Part shown: piece after piece, positions 63,413-64,000 of the stretch
How positions within the stretch are numbered: position 1 is the stretch's first letter
Layout of the letters: each line of letters begins with the position of its first letter
Assembly (NCBI GenBank): GCA_035484735.1
Contig: DATHOQ010000042.1
Location: forward strand, 22,460 to 86,459
From: Terriglobales bacterium
GTDB taxonomy: Bacteria; Acidobacteriota; Terriglobia; Terriglobales; Acidobacteriaceae
Direction of reading: 5' to 3'
Length of the DNA stretch: 64,000 nt
Position numbers and translations under genes: made by a program
The notes under the pieces: model-generated
Database searches by the model: none
What the model was told of the DNA's origin: nothing
The model's input: only the letters and a program-made list of their open reading frames with translations

Positions 63413-64000
63413 TGACCTCACCCGCACCCCGGAATGCCAAGGTTGCTGTTGTCGGCGGTGGACTGGCCGGATTAGCCGCCGGTTGCGCTCTCGCCGACAG
63501 TGACTTTCAGGTGACCGTATTTGAGCGCCGCCCTTTTCTCGGTGGACGAGCTTCTTCCTATCAGCATCCCGGCACCGGCGAAGTAGTGGATAACTGCCAG
63601 CACGTCTTGCTCGGGTGCTGCACTAATCTCATCGATTTTTATGCGCGTCTTGGCGTCGAAGACAAGATCCGCTGGTACGATGCCCTGACTTTTCTTGAGC
63701 CTGGAGGACGGGTCTCGGTCATCGGCTCGTCCTCGCTGCCAGCCCCGTTTCATACCGCCCCTGCATTCTTTGGTGCGCCGTGTTTGGGTCTTAAGGATAA
63801 GTTTGCCATTGGGGCTGCAATGGCCTCTTTGGTCCAGAGCATCCCTGCCGACAATGGCGAAACGTTCTTGAGCTGGCTACAGCGCCATGGTCAAACCACG
63901 ATGGCCATCGAACGTTTTTGGAAGACTATCCTGATCAGTGCCTTGAACGAAGACCTTGATCGGATGTCCGTCTCGTACGCAGCTCAGGTGGTTCGTGAGT
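63412..64000 (+). CDS. hpnE: Hydroxysqualene dehydroxylase HpnE (FAD-dependent amine-oxidase family), N-terminal part, runs off the window
   Basis: ATG 63412 overlaps the hpnD stop (TGATG). My translation gives MTSPAPRNAKVAVVGGGLAGLAAGCALADSDFQVTVFERRPFLGGRASSY...DNCQHVLLGC, open to the window end. It is absent from the ORF track because there is no stop. Confidence 0.8.
   Translation, partial: MTSPAPRNAKVAVVGGGLAGLAAGCALADSDFQVTVFERRPFLGGRASSYQHPGTGEVVDNCQHVLLGCCTNLIDFYARLGVEDKIRWYDALTFLEPGGRVSVIGSSSLPAPFHTAPAFFGAPCLGLKDKFAIGAAMASLVQSIPADNGETFLSWLQRHGQTTMAIERFWKTILISALNEDLDRMSVSYAAQVVRE

Noticed and set aside
1-64000. CRISPR arrays, IS elements, integrases, prophage genes, rRNA/tRNA genes
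   Set aside because: No regularly spaced repeats, transposase, integrase or phage motifs, or rRNA/tRNA signatures were recognised on either strand. The only RNA gene found is ssrA.

Overview
A 64 kb chromosomal segment, moderately GC-rich by eye and densely coding. GloVer repeat proteins, a TIGR03118-family protein, DUF3300, a PSCyt-like CxxCH protein and a hopanoid cluster suggest an Acidobacteriota-type genome; this taxonomic call is inference only. Core loci: nuoN 3' end, atpZ-atpI-atpB-atpE, dnaX-ybaB-(orf)-recR, tolQ-tolR-tolA-tolB-pal-ybgF, recN, and one tmRNA gene (ssrA, minus strand, 32407-32775). The most interesting block is a same-strand hopanoid operon: ispH-shc-hpnH-orf-hpnA-hpnG-[two Zn-dependent MDR dehydrogenases]-hpnC-hpnD-hpnE (52.8-64 kb). 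The two dehydrogenases directly follow hpnG and are candidates for the genetically unassigned ribosylhopane-to-bacteriohopanetetrol reduction. This operon and the atp operon also carry a family of long intercistronic hairpin elements. A 25-nt near-copy of the ssrA 3' end lies 7.3 kb downstream of ssrA. It brackets an RcnR/CsoR-family repressor, a CzcCBA-type RND efflux operon with two conserved operator palindromes, and eda; this looks like an integrase-less ssrA-targeted islet. Other items: two PIN toxin modules and an orphan higA, a 1-nt frameshift splitting an AhpD-like gene, a His-rich 52-aa secreted mini-protein absent from the ORF track, a PHM/DBH-like copper monooxygenase fused to a CxxCH heme motif, an HpnH-like radical SAM paralog, and a TIGR03118 / REC-PP2C / small-ORF operon. 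No CRISPR array, transposase, integrase or rRNA/tRNA gene was recognised. All family assignments come from reading motifs in the translations; no database search was possible.
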